Part shown: piece after piece, positions 24,837 through 37,529 of the stretch
Layout: each line of letters starts with the position of its first letter
Position numbering within the stretch: the stretch's first letter is position 1
Translations under genes and position numbers: made by a program
The notes under the pieces: generated by a model
Told to the model about the DNA's origin: nothing
What the model saw: the letters and a program-made list of their open reading frames with translations, nothing else
Databases searched by the model: none
Source: Vicugna vicugna
Lineage: Eukaryota
Length of the DNA stretch: 64,000 bases
Assembly: GCA_013265495.1 (NCBI GenBank)
Contig: MU058241.1
Span: 434,001-498,000 of the forward strand
Direction of reading: 5' to 3'

Positions 24837-27039
24837 GTTCACATAACGCTTGGAGGTGCAGAACACAATAGATACTTATTTTTGAAATAAATGAATGAAT
24901 TCAGTGAAATCAGTATTTGTGACTCCCAGGAGGCTGTGGCTCAAAGACCAAACAGGTCCTGAGAAAGCTAATGAGAAGGAGGTGGCAAACCAAGGTAGAC
25001 TGCGTTCTCGGCAGGGGGCGGGAACAGGACGAAACAAGGTCTCAAGAATGGAGCCTGAGGATGAGACACACGTAGAAACCACTTCCAGACCCCTGTTTCT
25101 GAGTAACATTATTCCATCCTTTTTTGATTTGCTCTTGAATCTAAGGGTAATGCACTGAAACTCAGAGTAAGCCCATGGTTGGAAAAAAGCGCTGCAGGGC
25201 TCACTCGTGTGGCCAGGTTGAAAATCCTGTGTCACTGATATGAAGAGCCTGAGAAATCTTCCAGAAAGTTTTACGAAAACTCCAGGGACTGGTACCCTGG
25301 TAGCCTGTCTTATTAAAGATATCTGGGCTCTGTAAACAAAAGGATGGGCCTAGATCTGAAAGATTACCTTAATATAAGCCATTTTACTTAACGTTTGAGG
25401 CGTTTTCCCTGAACCACGCCTTTTGTCTTAGCTTTTATTATTGTTGCTGATTTATTTTCTATGTGCTTTCCTGTCAAACGGAGGAACCGTACTTTACTTA
25501 GCCATACCTTTATTTTCTATGTTTAGGTTGTTTCTCATTTTTTACCATTATAAATAATATTCTGAGCAGAATCTCTGTTCTCAAGGTTTTTCTGTATTTC
25601 CTTAAAGATAAGTCCTCAAGAAGATTTACTACCTGTTAGTACAGCTTTAACTCCATTTCTGATATTCCAAAGCTGTGATCTTTTGGAGAAGTCCTGTGAC
25701 GTGGGCACTACTTATGTGATTATTTCATCACCAAACAAGCGTCTGTCCTATTTGTCCTGCTCTATAGGCTGATCTTGCCCTTGGGTATCTGCACCTGGAG
25801 TTTATCTGCAGTTCCAAATCCATGTCCTCATTCCATTTTGCACTTGATAAATCAACCCAGATTCCACCTCTGGTCTCCCTTTTGCACTGACTTCACCTCA
25901 GGTATGGGGTTTTACTTCTGTAGAGAGCCTTCAGCCTTACTGCTCTGGTGTTCTGTGTCATTGCTGTCGTTTCATCTCCGTCATTGACATCTCTCAGCTA
26001 CACCTTGACCCCGGGCTCAGACCCAGCACTCGCACTGCTTCCTTCCCTGGAGGACCCAAATCTGAGGGTACAGGTGTGTCCTCGAGAGAAGGAAGGCTTG
26101 TCTGCAGACCACTAAAGAAAATGGTGGAGGAATTTCAATTTTTTGATAGAGTACCTACCTTTTAAAATACAAATTGTGTCCCATTTAATTTTGTTGGAAT
26201 TAGTTGGGAGAGCATAGGACAGTACAGTAGAATTTACGATATTTAAGTGTCCACATGACCAATTTTTAAGCATAAAATCATTAAGAAAGGATTGTGCACT
26301 ATATACTGGAAATTTGAATTATGTGGATTTTCTAGAATTTAAAATAGACACTAGCTTGAATATTTTTCTAACTCTATTTACTCTGACAACAGAAGGTGTA
26401 AAATAAACATGTAGCCATGGTTTATATTTTATAAAGTGATGTTAGCCTTAATTGTTTAAAACATATATACTCAAAAAATTTAAAATTAGCTTTTGAAGTG
26501 AATGCAGAGTGAACGTGACAGGTCATTATGAAATTATTTAATACACTAAGATAATGATAAAACTCTTCGCCCGGGCACTGTATAAACAAAGATATTGCAG
26601 TATGGTAGCTAGTTGTCATGGGTACCTGATTTTTAACATGCTTTTAAATGACTTATGTTTAAATATTCTTGGAAAGTTCGTACAGGAGACACTTTTCTCA
26701 CCTAATGACGATCATGACTAATTAGAGCTGGTAGATCTGAGACCACAGAGTCTAATTTGAGGCATATGTTGTGCTTTACAGTAAATACTTATTTCATATC
26801 TATGAAAACGAGACCATGTGCGCCGATGAAGCAGGCAGGTGCCGGGCAGACCATGATGCTCCTCTTAGCCTTCCTCACTGCCTAATTTATGTGGGCCAGG
26901 GGCCGGGTATGACGGTGCTTGAGATATCCCCGGAGGTTCAGGGACAGCTCTGGGTGTTCGACTTCGGTGTGTTGGTGATTGTCAGTGCGAAGAACCCAGG
27001 AGTATGAGCCCTGATGCTCCATGTCTTTAGTTACGTCCC

Positions 27040-27360
27040 CACCTGTTTCTTTGTACATCTCCACCTCCAGCTACTTCTACAGCCACGTCTATTTCTCAAG
27101 CTGTCTTTTTCTTTTCTGTGTCTATGGCTATGACTGTAACTTTTCAAGTATTTCTACATCTTTCCCCGCACCTAAAGCTAAAGTCGTAGCTACATCTGTA
27201 AGTACAGCTCCATATCTACCTCTCTATCCATATATCTGTGCCCTCACCTACACCGCGGACATCCACATGTGTGTGTACGTCTGCATCTGCGTGCACGTCT
27301 GCACCTGTGCCTACGCCAATACCTGCACCTGGGTTCACATCCTCATAGCCTCATCCGTGT
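27040..27360. repeat. Decayed hexamer-period simple repeat (TCTACA/CCTGCA-like)
   Basis: Recurrent 6-bp units such as TCTACA, TCCACC, GCTACA, TCTGCA, CCTGCA, CCTACA. Confidence 0.55.
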
Positions 27361-27613
27361 CCTGGATGAGCTAGCACTGAAGGTGTCAGGCTGGCCGGAG
27401 GGAAGTACAGTGCCGGAAACTGGTGCATTTATCATGGTTCATGCATCCAGGCTCCCCAAATCCAGCTGCCTCTCCTTTCTCTCTCTCCACTTCCCAGCCT
27501 GCTGCCATTTCCAGGGCCCAGATTTCTGCCCCCACGAGGAGTTCAGGATCCCTTTCCAGTCTTCCCCAGAGAGGGCAGGAAATCCTTTATTCCCCTGCTC
27601 AGTCTTACAAGAT

Positions 27614-28038
27614 GGATGGTCTCGGCCTATGATGACACGAAAGCTATACACATTCAGTAGATTGTGTACTTCGAATTTTGAATTCTGATGCTTTCCTGGG
27701 CTGGTGATATGGGGTATGGTGCCCTCTGGTGATGCTGGGCAGTGGTCATGAGCTGCCGTTCCCCATCCTCCTCACTGCCCCATCCCCCTCACCGCCCCAG
27801 CAGCCGCCTGGCCACAAGGGTGGACAGCTATCCCACACCCACACAGATGTTCTGTTTTTCACTTTCAGCACAGTGTCCAGTAAATTACCTGAGATGTTCA
27901 ACACTTCAGTGTAATAGAGACTTTTTGTTGGATGATTTTGTCCAACTGCAGGCTAGACTAAGTGTTCTGAGCACATTTAAGGTTGGCTGGGCTCAGCTGC
28001 GAAGGGGACACAGCCCCATTGTAAGTCGAGGAAGATAC
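27614..28038. mobile_element. Tigger4/Zombi-type (TcMar) DNA transposon
   Basis: CATTCAGTAG...GTACTTCGAATTTTGAAT, GTTTTTCACTTTCAGCACAGT, AAGTGTTCTGAGCACATTTAAGGT, CCCCATTGTAAGTCGAGGA. Confidence 0.85.
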
Positions 28039-28902
28039 ATTACCTCTGCAACCACAGCTCTGCTCCCATTGCTGAAAGCTGCCTGTGTTAACACACAGGA
28101 TTGCTTAACTCCTTGGAACTCCGAGCTTTGCCTTTGGAGAATACGATGAGGCTTTCTCTTTACATATCCAAATGGCCTGTTGAGATACTCATAGTCCCAC
28201 AGGAAAGCTCAATCTTCTCCAAGAAGGGGGTCTGCCTCTCCTCCTTGGACAAAGGAAGACTTCCAAGACTTGTCTATCCATTTCTACTTCTGAAACCTGT
28301 TACCTTCTCAGTCTGATCTCTCCCGTCACTTAGAAAGAACTGCTTTGATTGCGATTGGTAGTGTGTCGACTGAGAAATACTGGCCAAGAGCTGAGCTGAT
28401 CTTGGACGCATCACAGGTGTTTTGTTATGGAGGTGTGGCTCCTGGTGCGGGAGCTGAAACATACCTGCCCGATGTTGGATGACTTCTCAGCTGACTCTGC
28501 AGCTCTGAGTGGCCCAGCGGTGAGTGGGAGCGGAAGTGTTCCTCTGTGCTGCTCCTCAGACCAGTGGGCAGTCGGCTTTTAACTCATCTGCTGTAACAGT
28601 GTGACAGTTGGAAAGTGGGAGACTGGAAGTAACTCTGAAGGAAATGTTTTCTGCGAACCTTCGAAACATCTTTAAGAAAAACACTAACCTCAGAGTTACC
28701 CTCTCCAGACTAGAGTCCATGGATGATGTAAGCTCCCTTCCTCCATGGTGCCAACAGAGCACTTTCAGAGGAGATTATGTAGGTGGGTTCACAGGGCAAC
28801 GTAGAATCTTTGAAAACATATTTTTCAGAAGTATGAGACTGTCTAAAATTCCTGAATCTGCTTTCGTTAGCAAGGAAGTTGTTTGGGGGACACACCAGTT
28901 AC

Positions 28903-29210
28903 TGATGTCATTTGCAAATATTTTCTCCCCGTCTGTAGATTGTCTTTTTGTTTTGTCTATGGTTTCCTTAGCTGTGCAAAAGCTTATAAATTTAATTAGG
29001 TCCCGTTTGTTTATTTTTGCTTTGACTTCTTTTGCCTTGAGAGACTGACCTAAGAACAGATAGTTGTGATTTATGTCAGAGAACATTTTGCCTTGTTCTC
29101 TTCTAGGAGTTTTATGGTGTCATGTCTTATATTTAAATCTTTAAGCCATTTTGAATTTATTTTTGTGTACGGTCTGAGGGAGTATTCTCACATCGTTGAT
29201 TTACATGTGT
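28903..29210 (-). mobile_element. Internal LINE-1 ORF2 fragment
   Basis: ORF 28775..29086 contains [39 protein letters not shown], a clear L1 ORF2 segment; homologous to ~59455-59760. Confidence 0.92.
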
Positions 29211-29439
29211 CAACTAATTTTTTAAACAAACTCTTGAGATGAAAGAACTTTCAGATGAAAAATGAAGGTTGTGTTCCCTAAACTGGGGTGTCCCTCCAGG
29301 TACTCACAGTGAATGCAGGTAAACAGCTTCCTCAGGAGGGGGATCCTGAGCAGGACCTTGCTCTGGATGCAGGATGCCCTGGTGGGTACCCAGACACAAT
29401 AAAGAAAGCTGGTGAAATGCCCTATTTCCTGCATCAGAA

Positions 29440-29580
29440 AGAGCTAGATTCAGGATCTGATTCCATCACTGTGACTGTGCAGAGTTGAGCAGGTATGTGC
29501 TCAAGATTCCTTGTCTATGAAATGCAGATAAGGACATATTCCTCGTAGGCAGTTGTGAAGATTAAAGGAGGAATTAGAGG
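29440..29580 (+). mobile_element. MIR fragment
   Basis: TTCCTTGTCTATGAAATGCAGATAAG...CCTCGTAGGCAGTTGTGAAGATTAAA. Confidence 0.6.
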
Positions 29581-30197
29581 TATGTGTCGCCGTCATCATC
29601 ATCAGCATCTCCTGATACAATAATAGAACAGTGTGTTGACTTGCACTTCATTGGAGGAAGATGATCTAATCTTATTTTAGATACTAATTTAGATCTGCGT
29701 TAAAACTATGCCTTTGCATCAGTGTCTCTAATTGCATCGTACGCTGTAGAATTGTCACCTTAGATCCATGCATCTCATTAGTTCTTTATATTTCCTTAGA
29801 AAAACTTAGTCCTCTTAACTAGCATAGGAACATCCTTTTTGCCAGGATGGCAGCATATTTACCTTAGCCTGGAAATTTCTTACTGTGCACCCTTTAGAGA
29901 TGGTTCAAATCATTCCATTTCTGTAGTCACTTTTGTTAAAACTTTGAGCATGGCCAAATAGTTCTGTTTCTGGAAGGCTTTTTTTTTCCCCTTATGCGTG
30001 CCAACCAGCAGCTTAAACTCATCATTCTGACGGAATTTAAAAAGCTATATACTCTGAGTTATGTTGCTTGTCTTGTGCTTGGTTCCTTAGTGTAAGAACT
30101 CAAGGTTCTTTGTGTGTGTGCAGAGGAATCCTCAGATGGGGGCAGTGCATTTGTGATGATGCAAAGAGATGAATCTCCATGGTGTCCAGCGTTAGTA

Positions 30198-30264
30198 GAC
30201 TGACCGACTCATCTTGGTTTTAAAACCCCCTCAGTCCCAGGCAAACCAGGACAGTTGGTCCCTA
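30198..30264. mobile_element. MER81-like (hAT-Blackjack) fragment
   Basis: AACCCCCTCAGTCCCAGGCAAACCAGGACAGTTGGTCCCTA. Confidence 0.65.
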
Positions 30265-30985
30265 CGTTTTGAAAACATTCAACACACTTCTGAATTTAAG
30301 GTCTATGATACAACAGAAGCACGAGGCCAGAAAGCAAAGGACATGGAGTTGGGTCCTTCTCTGTTCCTGCTCCTCTCTCTTCCAGAGGAACGTTTCTTTA
30401 AACATCAGGGGAGTGGTGTATTTTTGCAGCATTATAGAATAGAGCGTATGTGCCATCATTAAATTTCATGAGTAGGCGATTTGCATTTCCTCAGTTCTCA
30501 CTTTGTTGACAGGTATGCAAATGGGGAAAAGACAGGAAAAAAGTGTAAGTTGTTGGTAAGTCTTCTCAGAGTTTCACTAATGGTAAGTCACGTACAGGAT
30601 ACGCGCCGTCTCCTTGCTGAATGCCATCCGGCTGAGCAGAGCGCTGCCATGTTAGGCATCCCTCAGGGTCGTTTATAGTTTCCATTTCTCTGTGAAGAGT
30701 TTCCTTAGGCTATTTAGTAATGAGCTGCACAGTGACATCTAGTGTAGGAAGCAGAGAAAAATTACAGAGAAAACACATAGTTGATCAGCACTTAATGCAA
30801 AGTCCAAAAGAATATGATGAATGCTACTGAGAAACAGAGCTCCTTGTCGTGAGCTACAATTCTCTGCCTCTTCCTAACTAGCACCAGTGAACAGCCTCAT
30901 GGATTTCTGTTCACCTAGGATATCTAAGTCATAGCAGGGGGAAGAAAACCTGTCTCTGTTGGCGCTATCAAAACTAGACCTGTGA

Positions 30986-31347
30986 CAGTCATTCCTCAGT
31001 ATCCAAGGGCAGGATTAGTTTCAGGGCCCCAGGCAACACCAAAATCAAAGGATGCTCAAATCCATAATATAAAATGGCTTAGGGTTTGCATTTAACCTAC
31101 ACAGTCCTCTCATATACTTTTCCCACATACTTTAATCATCTCTAGGTTACTTATAATACCTAATATAATGCAAATACTGTGTAAATAGTAAATACAACTT
31201 AAATACTATGTAAATAGTTACTAGCACATGGCAAATTCAAGTTTTCCTTTTTGGAACTTTCTGGAATTTTTTTTTTCTTTTAACATTTTTGATCCACAGT
31301 TGGTTGAATCCTTGAGTGTAGGACCTGTGGATCCAGAGAGCTGGCTG
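30986..31347. mobile_element. MER2/MER2B (Tigger-derived MITE)
   Basis: CAGTCATTCCTCAGTATCC...GGATCCAGAGAGCTGGCTG|TA inverted termini; ATCATCTCTAGGTTACTTATAATACCTAATA core. Confidence 0.9.
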
Positions 31348-31859
31348 TATATAGCTGAGACATTTCTATCTGATAGTTCTCGTTTAAGAACAAATACCTA
31401 GGGAGGTTGTCATTTTCACCCACAGGTGTGCTATGTTTCTGATCACCATGCAAAGCAGTGATTTGCCACTGAGCTCTGTTTGGACAGGAGTGGGTTAATC
31501 TTTGGGTGGTGCTGTTATCTAAGTGGGGCTGGCCCAAGTGAGGAGCCCAGCATGAAGAGAATGGAGCGCTTTGCAGGGTGATGCAGAGAGAAATAGGGAG
31601 TAGAAAGTGAAAGAGATGGGTTATCAAGACAAACTTAGCTAACCTCATCATGTTGACCCTGGGCCAGCAGAGCCCAGGGTCGCCTAGTACCAGTTGTCCC
31701 CAGCAGTAGTGGTATTTTGAGCAACATAACAAACTGAAACCATGTAATAAGTACCCACTTGCCTGCGGCATTGCAAATGCAACATAGTTTCCCAGAGTTA
31801 ATGGACAACAGTTCATTTTTGACAGCTCTCCTGTCTGACCTCTGCATTCAGCCCAGTAA

Positions 31860-32050
31860 TCTTTCTTCCACTGCTCAAACACATCAGGCATGTCCCCACC
31901 TCAGGGCCTTTGCACTTGCTGTTTCGTTTTATGGAGCATTGGTCCCTCTGATTTCATGTGCCTGGAATCAAGTCATTATTTTGGTCTCAGCCCAGATTAT
32001 CCTCCAGAAAATTCTCTGTAATCAGCCTGCTGTCATTTCTGTATCACATT
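31860..32050 (+). mobile_element. L2 fragment
   Basis: CCACCTCAGGGCCTTTGCACTTGCTGTT is a conserved L2 motif. Confidence 0.7.
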
Positions 32051-32099
32051 ATACTAGCAGCCCTAGTGAGCACAAAATAAAAGGAAAATAAATAGAACC

Positions 32100-32260
32100 T
32101 AAAAATTGGAAAGAAAGAATAACTCCCAGTATTTGAAAATATGATTAATTCTGCAGAAAACACTAAAGAATCTAAGAATGTCTCAGAATGAATAAGACAC
32201 TTCAGCAGGTTGTCAAACATAAGATCAAGATACAGAAACTCCCATTTCTATGCGTCAGCC
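32100..32260 (+). mobile_element. Ancient L1 ORF2 fragment
   Basis: AGAATGAATAAGACACTTCAGCAGGTTGTCAAACATAAGATCAAGATACAGAAA resembles the L1 RT-region FSKVAGYKINIQKS-coding sequence. Confidence 0.55.
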
Positions 32261-33102
32261 ACAAAGGTTGTCATTTAGTACTCAGACACAATGCACCTAA
32301 GAATTATCAGAGATCGGTATGCCAGGATTTTCCACATGTACCTCTGTAATGCAGGTAGAGAGTCAGAAACACAGGGTACTTTTGATAAAAATCTTGGCTT
32401 GGGGTTTCTAGGCTTCACTTGCTCCGTGCCTACAAGTCTGGAAGCATGTAAGTGAGGACTTTGGGTTGAGGAATTTTTGGAAACGGTTTCCTGCTTTTCT
32501 GCAGTCCATCTAAAGCCAGGTTATCCCCCGTCTCAGAGCATTTTCTCTCCCATTTGCTCCCTGTGGTTCCTGCCCTTAGAGACTCAGGGTTATGTAGGAG
32601 TCTCAGAACCTATTCCCCCACCCCCAGCTCAGCCAGTTCCCTGGGTCTGAGGATGTGGCTCCAGGTCAACAGGAAGCAGCAATGGCTCCCAGGGACCCCT
32701 GCCTCCAGCTTTCCTCACCCCGTCGGGGGCATGCATTCCTGTCGTATGTGACCTCCAACTGTTTCCCTCACTTTAGTGCCTGTGCATTCGTTATTGTGTA
32801 CGTGGTGGTAAACGTGTTTATCCAGAATATATACCTGTTTTGTGCCAAGAATGTTCTCTGGAAATGAAAGTCCCTTTTTTAGTGTAAGTTGTACAGATTC
32901 ACTTTCTTTATTTTGCTCAGATGTGTTTAATAAATATTTGATGAATAGACACATGGAGAGAGTGTAACCTCAGTCTGAGTTAAGCTAGCCATTGATCAGT
33001 ATAGATGTTTACCAGCATTCACTGTGTTATCCTTGAAATTCTCTACCCCTAAAAGCCTGTGCCATTCAAGTTTTCATGAGGAATCTAGCCTTGGCTGGAA
33101 AG

Positions 33103-33475
33103 TGTAGTGAACAGATCATTGAGGTAACCCTGGTGATCTCTGCTTCTGGCACTGACATCCTTGTGGGATCTCCTCCCCGTGAGAGTGAGTGAGACCTATA
33201 ACTTGCATTTAACCTATGGACTATGGCAAGTTTGAAGGGAAGTCACTTCAATGATTGCATTACATGGGACTCAGACCCTGTCTTGGGAACTGAGTTCCGC
33301 CAACGATGACCATGAGAGCTTAGAAGGCGATCTTTCCCCAGTGCAGCCTCAGCTGAGTCCCCAGCCCGAGTTGACGCCCTGATTGCAGCCACAGGGGAAA
33401 TCTGTGAGGTCCTAACGGTGGTTGTAGGCTGCTGATTAGTGCGCCGCTTGTTAGGCAGCAGTAGAAACTAACACA
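33103..33475 (+). mobile_element. MaLR LTR (MLT1E-like)
   Basis: GGTGATCTCTGCTTCTGG, CCCCAGTGCAGCCTCAG, TTGTTAGGCAGCAGTAGAAACTAACACA end. Confidence 0.75.
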
Positions 33476-34294
33476 GCATGTGATTGGTTACAGAGGACGT
33501 CCAAACAGAACCCTTCACTGTAGGTGAGGACAGTTTTGAGATAAGCTACTTGGGGTAATTGATACTAACCTACAATACTTTAGGGGTAACACCTAATGCT
33601 GTTCTCAAGGAAGGAGCATTCCTGACCACGGAAAAAGCCCAGAAAACTCCCACCACAGCAATCTTTATTAGCACTCCACAGAATCACGGGGCCTGAAGAA
33701 TCCCCCAGCGTTCTTGTCTTGTCTTAGATTAATATCTAAACTGTTAGTCTTTATCACTCCCTTCTTGACTTAGTGTCTGATGATGAGTTTCAGTCCTTGT
33801 GAGGCTAGAGAGGAATCAGTGGAGGCCATTAGGAAAGGTTAGAGGGGAAGGCAGTTAACCTGGTTAAAGCTAAAGATTGAACACAAAAACGCAGAATCAC
33901 TCCATTCCACCTGTCTTGCCTTCCCTTCTCCTCTTCTGTGTCTTTCTCTCACTTAACAGACACCTCCTGAGATCTCTGTGTATGTGACAGGCATTAAGCT
34001 TGAAGTTGGAATAAGACCTATGTCTAATATGTGTTATTTAATAAATGACACACGTTTATTTATTAACGTATGTCTTGAAAAAATCTCACTTCCAAGTCAG
34101 AGGTGGGAACAGATACAGTCAAATTGTTACAATCAGATAGATGCTAATAAAATCATGTGCAAAGTGCTACAGACAGTCAGTATTTGGCTGACTGTGTGTC
34201 CCTGTTTTTCTTGTTTTCATAACAGGACTTCCAGGGGAAGATAGTAGAGAAGAAATATTCACAGACACTTTAGTTAGAACAATGCAATGCATGG

Positions 34295-34568
34295 TGTTAT
34301 GGGTTGAACTGTATCTCCCAAAAAGGTATGCTGAAGTCCTAACCCCCAGTACCTATGCCTGTGGTCTTATTTAAAAACAAAGTCTTTGCAGATAAAATTG
34401 TGTTAGGATGAGGTCATTAGGGTGGACCCTGATCCAATGTCAGGCGTTAACTGAAGAGGGACATCTGGACACAGAGACACAGGGGGAGGCGGGGAGGATG
34501 CGTGTAACAGCAGAGGCAGAGATTGGAGAGATACAGTGGCACGTCAGGGAAGGCCAAGGATTTGCAGC
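34295..34568 (+). mobile_element. MaLR LTR 5' half (MLT1B/C-like)
   Basis: TGTTATGGGTTGAACTGTATCTCCCA...GAAGTCCTAACCCCCAGTACCT...GATGAGGTCATTAGGGTGGACCCT; cut off by the adjacent L1. Confidence 0.88.
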
Positions 34569-34577
34569 TCTGTCCAA

Positions 34578-35313
34578 GCCCACACACGATAAGTGCTGGA
34601 GAGGGTGTGGAAAAAGGGGAGCCCTCCTACACTGCTGGTGGGAATGGAGTTTGGTACAGCTGTTGTGGAAAACAGTATGGAGATTCCTCAAAAATCTAAA
34701 AATAGACTTACCATATGATCCAGCAATCCCACACCTAGGCATATATCTGGGAAGAAACTCTAATTGGAAAAGATACATGCACCGCCAGTGTTCACAGCAG
34801 CACTGTTTACAATAGCCAAGACATGGAAACAACCTAAATGTCCATCAACAGGTGACTGGATAAAGAAGTATATAAATTACTCAGCCATAAAAAAATAAAA
34901 TAATACCATTTGCAGTAACATGGATGGACCTGGAGATCCACTCTAAGTGAAGAAAACCAGAAAGAGAAAGAAAAATATCATATGATATTACTCATATGTG
35001 GAATCTCAAAAAAAGAAAAAGACATACATGAACTTACTACAAAATAGAAACAGATTCACAGACATAGAAAACAAATATATGGTTACCAGGGGGGAAAGGA
35101 GATGGGAAAGGATAAACTGGGAGTTTGGGATTAGCAAATATAAACTACTATATATAAAATAGATAAACAACAAGGACCTACTGTATAGCACAGTGAACTA
35201 TATTCAATATCTTGTAATAACCTGTAATGGAAAAGCATATGAAAAGGAATATATATATATAACTGAATCACTGTGCTGTACACCAGAAATTAACACAAGG
35301 ATTTTAAACCAAC
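34578..35313 (+). mobile_element. LINE-1, ORF2 C-terminus plus 3' UTR (5'-truncated)
   Basis: ORF 34408 contains [52 protein letters not shown] (L1 ORF2 C-terminus); 3' UTR GACCTACTGTATAGCACAG. Confidence 0.95.
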
Positions 35314-35639
35314 TTGGAAGCAAAATACAGTGTGAATTGGGCTGCACCCCCACCTCTGCAGTGTCCTTAGCCCTCTTACCTTTGACCACCATTTGTCGTA
35401 GGATGGGGACCAGAACCCCAGTGCTAACCCTCAGGCTGGTACCCCTTGTACAAATCTCGCTGTATTCACTGAAGTATTCCAATATCTGTCAGAGAAAATG
35501 TAATGTGTATTTATTTATATTTGATTTTTATATGCGTGTGTATATAAACTGTTTTGTCATTACCTTTGACTTTTTCAAAATCAGTTTAGTTGTTGTGATG
35601 TTATTTTATCTGGTACGCACAAAATCAGGATTGTGGAAT

Positions 35640-35757
35640 TTTTTTCATATTTCTTTTCTTTCTTTCTTTTTTGTTTTATTTTTAAAGGAGGGACTGGGGA
35701 TTGAACCCAGGACCCTATGCCTGCTAAGCATGTGCTCTACCACTTGAGCTATACCCT
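35640..35757 (-). mobile_element. tRNA-Ala-derived SINE (camelid Vic-1-like)
   Basis: Revcomp reads AGGGTATAGCTCAAGTGGTAGAGCACATGCTTAGCA...GGTCCTGGGTTCAATCCCCAGT (A and B boxes) followed by an A-rich tail. Confidence 0.85.
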
Positions 35758-36642
35758 GCTTTCATTCTTGAGATGTCCCCCCAAATGTCAGTTCTTCCTG
35801 GGCAGTGCCATGCCCTTGGTCATATGTCCTCAGTGTGCTGTGGACTCTTCCACAGCATAACTTGTAAATGTCCTTTGTTTTTGAGGTTCTTTGATGAGCA
35901 TGTCTGTCACCTGTGTGGGATGTCGGCTCTCTGACACAGAACCTGTGTTTGGGTTTCCATTCACTCTTGAGTCTGCAATGTTTCAAGCAGGTTTTGTTGC
36001 ATACATAAGTGAAGGGGTGCAATAAAGTTGGTACATTTTGAATAATAATTGGGTTCTCAATTCATGAACTTGTTTATAGCAGGATGGTGTTCTTAATTTT
36101 TTTTTTGCTATTTAGTATTCTGGTTCATTTCTTTCTCACAACGAACATTAGGATGAAATGATCTTTCCCCCTTTCTCTAGTGTTTGAATGAAATTAAGCA
36201 AAAACCAATGCATGCTAAAGTCTGAATCTTCAATTCACACTACAGTAAAACTCATCCATATTCATGGCAGGGGATGTCAAATAGGAAAAGCCTGAATTAC
36301 CTTCAGATAAATATGAGAAGTGTGAAATCCATTAAAATACTTTAAAATCATGAGAGCCTCTACCATTACAGGATCATGGCTCTCAGTTCCATGGAAAATT
36401 CTTGCCAATAAAAGCAAGATTGATTCCAATTATCTCTTATATTTTGTCATGCTATTTCATTATCTGTAATGATTCAGTTTACTGGTCGTCATTAATATTT
36501 ATTGAGCTCCTATGATGCTTAAAGCTGTATATTTGCCTGGATGATAATAAGGTACTTTGTAAATTTGATAAAACGTCATGTATAGTGTCACGAGTGAATA
36601 GAGTGGTGTTGAAGAGCGGTCTGCGCGGGAGGGAATGTCTAG

Positions 36643-36990
36643 GGCTGTGCTATCCAATAGGGTAGCCACTTGAAGGCTGTTTAAATTTAAATATCAGTTA
36701 AATTAAATTAAATATTAAGTCTTTCTTTTTTCAGTTTTCTTTGGAGGGGGGTAGTTAGGTTTAATTTTATTTAATTATTTTTTAATGGCGGTACTGGGGA
36801 TTGAACCCAGGATGCATGCTAAGCACACTCTACCACTGAGCTATACCCTCCCCCGAAAAGTTCAGTCTTTAAGCTGCATCAAGCTTATTTCAAGTGCTCA
36901 GTAACCGCATGTGCTTAGTAGTTACCATATTGGATGGCACAGGCAGAGAGTTTTCCATATCATGGGAAATTCTGTAAACAGTGCTAGTCT
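36643..36990. mobile_element. MER3 (hAT-Charlie) split by a SINE
   Basis: CTGTGCTATCCAATAGGGTAGCCAC before the SINE and ATTTCAAGTGCTCAGTAACCGCATGTG...CCATATTGGA after it. Confidence 0.8.
36720..36854 (-). mobile_element. tRNA-Ala-derived SINE (camelid Vic-1-like) nested in MER3
   Basis: GTACTGGGGATTGAACCCAGG...ATGCTAAGCACACTCTACCACTGAGCTATACCCTCCCC with upstream T-rich tail. Confidence 0.88.
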
Positions 36991-37149
36991 AGGGAGCTTT
37001 GTTAACTGTACCTTCAGTACAAATCAGGACTAGGCTTCATTTTTGTTTCTGTTTTGTTAAAGTTAAACTGGATGAGCAGAAGTTTAGTATGCAGAGAAGT
37101 GTAGTTACGGTTTCTCGGGGCTCTTTCCCTCTTCAGACTCATCCAGATG

Positions 37150-37351
37150 AGTGCTGAGCAAAGCACACACATCAAATCTAGACCGATGCCTGTTTTTGAA
37201 GAACCCAGCCACCCTCACTCATTTACATATTGCGTGTCTGCTTTTGGAAGCAGTGGCAGAGTTGAGTGGTTATCATAAGAGACCGTATGGCTTGCAAAGC
37301 CAGAAGTACTTACTGTCTATCCCTTTTCAGAAAATGTTTACCAACCCTGGT
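37150..37351. mobile_element. MER58A
   Basis: CTCATTTACATATTG...GGCAGAGTTGAGTGGTT...AGAGACCGTATGGCTTGCAAAGCC...TTTACCAACCCTG. Confidence 0.8.
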
Positions 37352-37529
37352 CTGGATACTTGTGTCCCACTCGGAGCAGAATCTTGATGGATTGGTGACC
37401 CACCAGAGAATGAGCAGCAGTGAGGGATCATCAATAGCGATACTTATTCTGTTAGTAATGGACTCAATAGAGATCTTCTTCTGTATTTGTAATAGAGACC
37501 TTTATTCTAGAGGAGGAATGCTTTGTGAC

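Noticed and set aside
26771..27007. CpG-enriched stretch with a protein-like ORF
   Set aside because: No convincing splice sites or recognisable homology in any frame I read.
31280..31891. Longest ORF in the track (203 aa)
   Set aside because: It runs from an L2 fragment into a MER2 element, has no recognisable domain and no exon structure.
36790..36854. tRNA-Ala-like sequences (also at ~35690 and ~41480)
   Set aside because: They have A-rich tails, internal deletions and mismatched stems, and one sits inside a MER3. They are SINEs, not tRNA genes.
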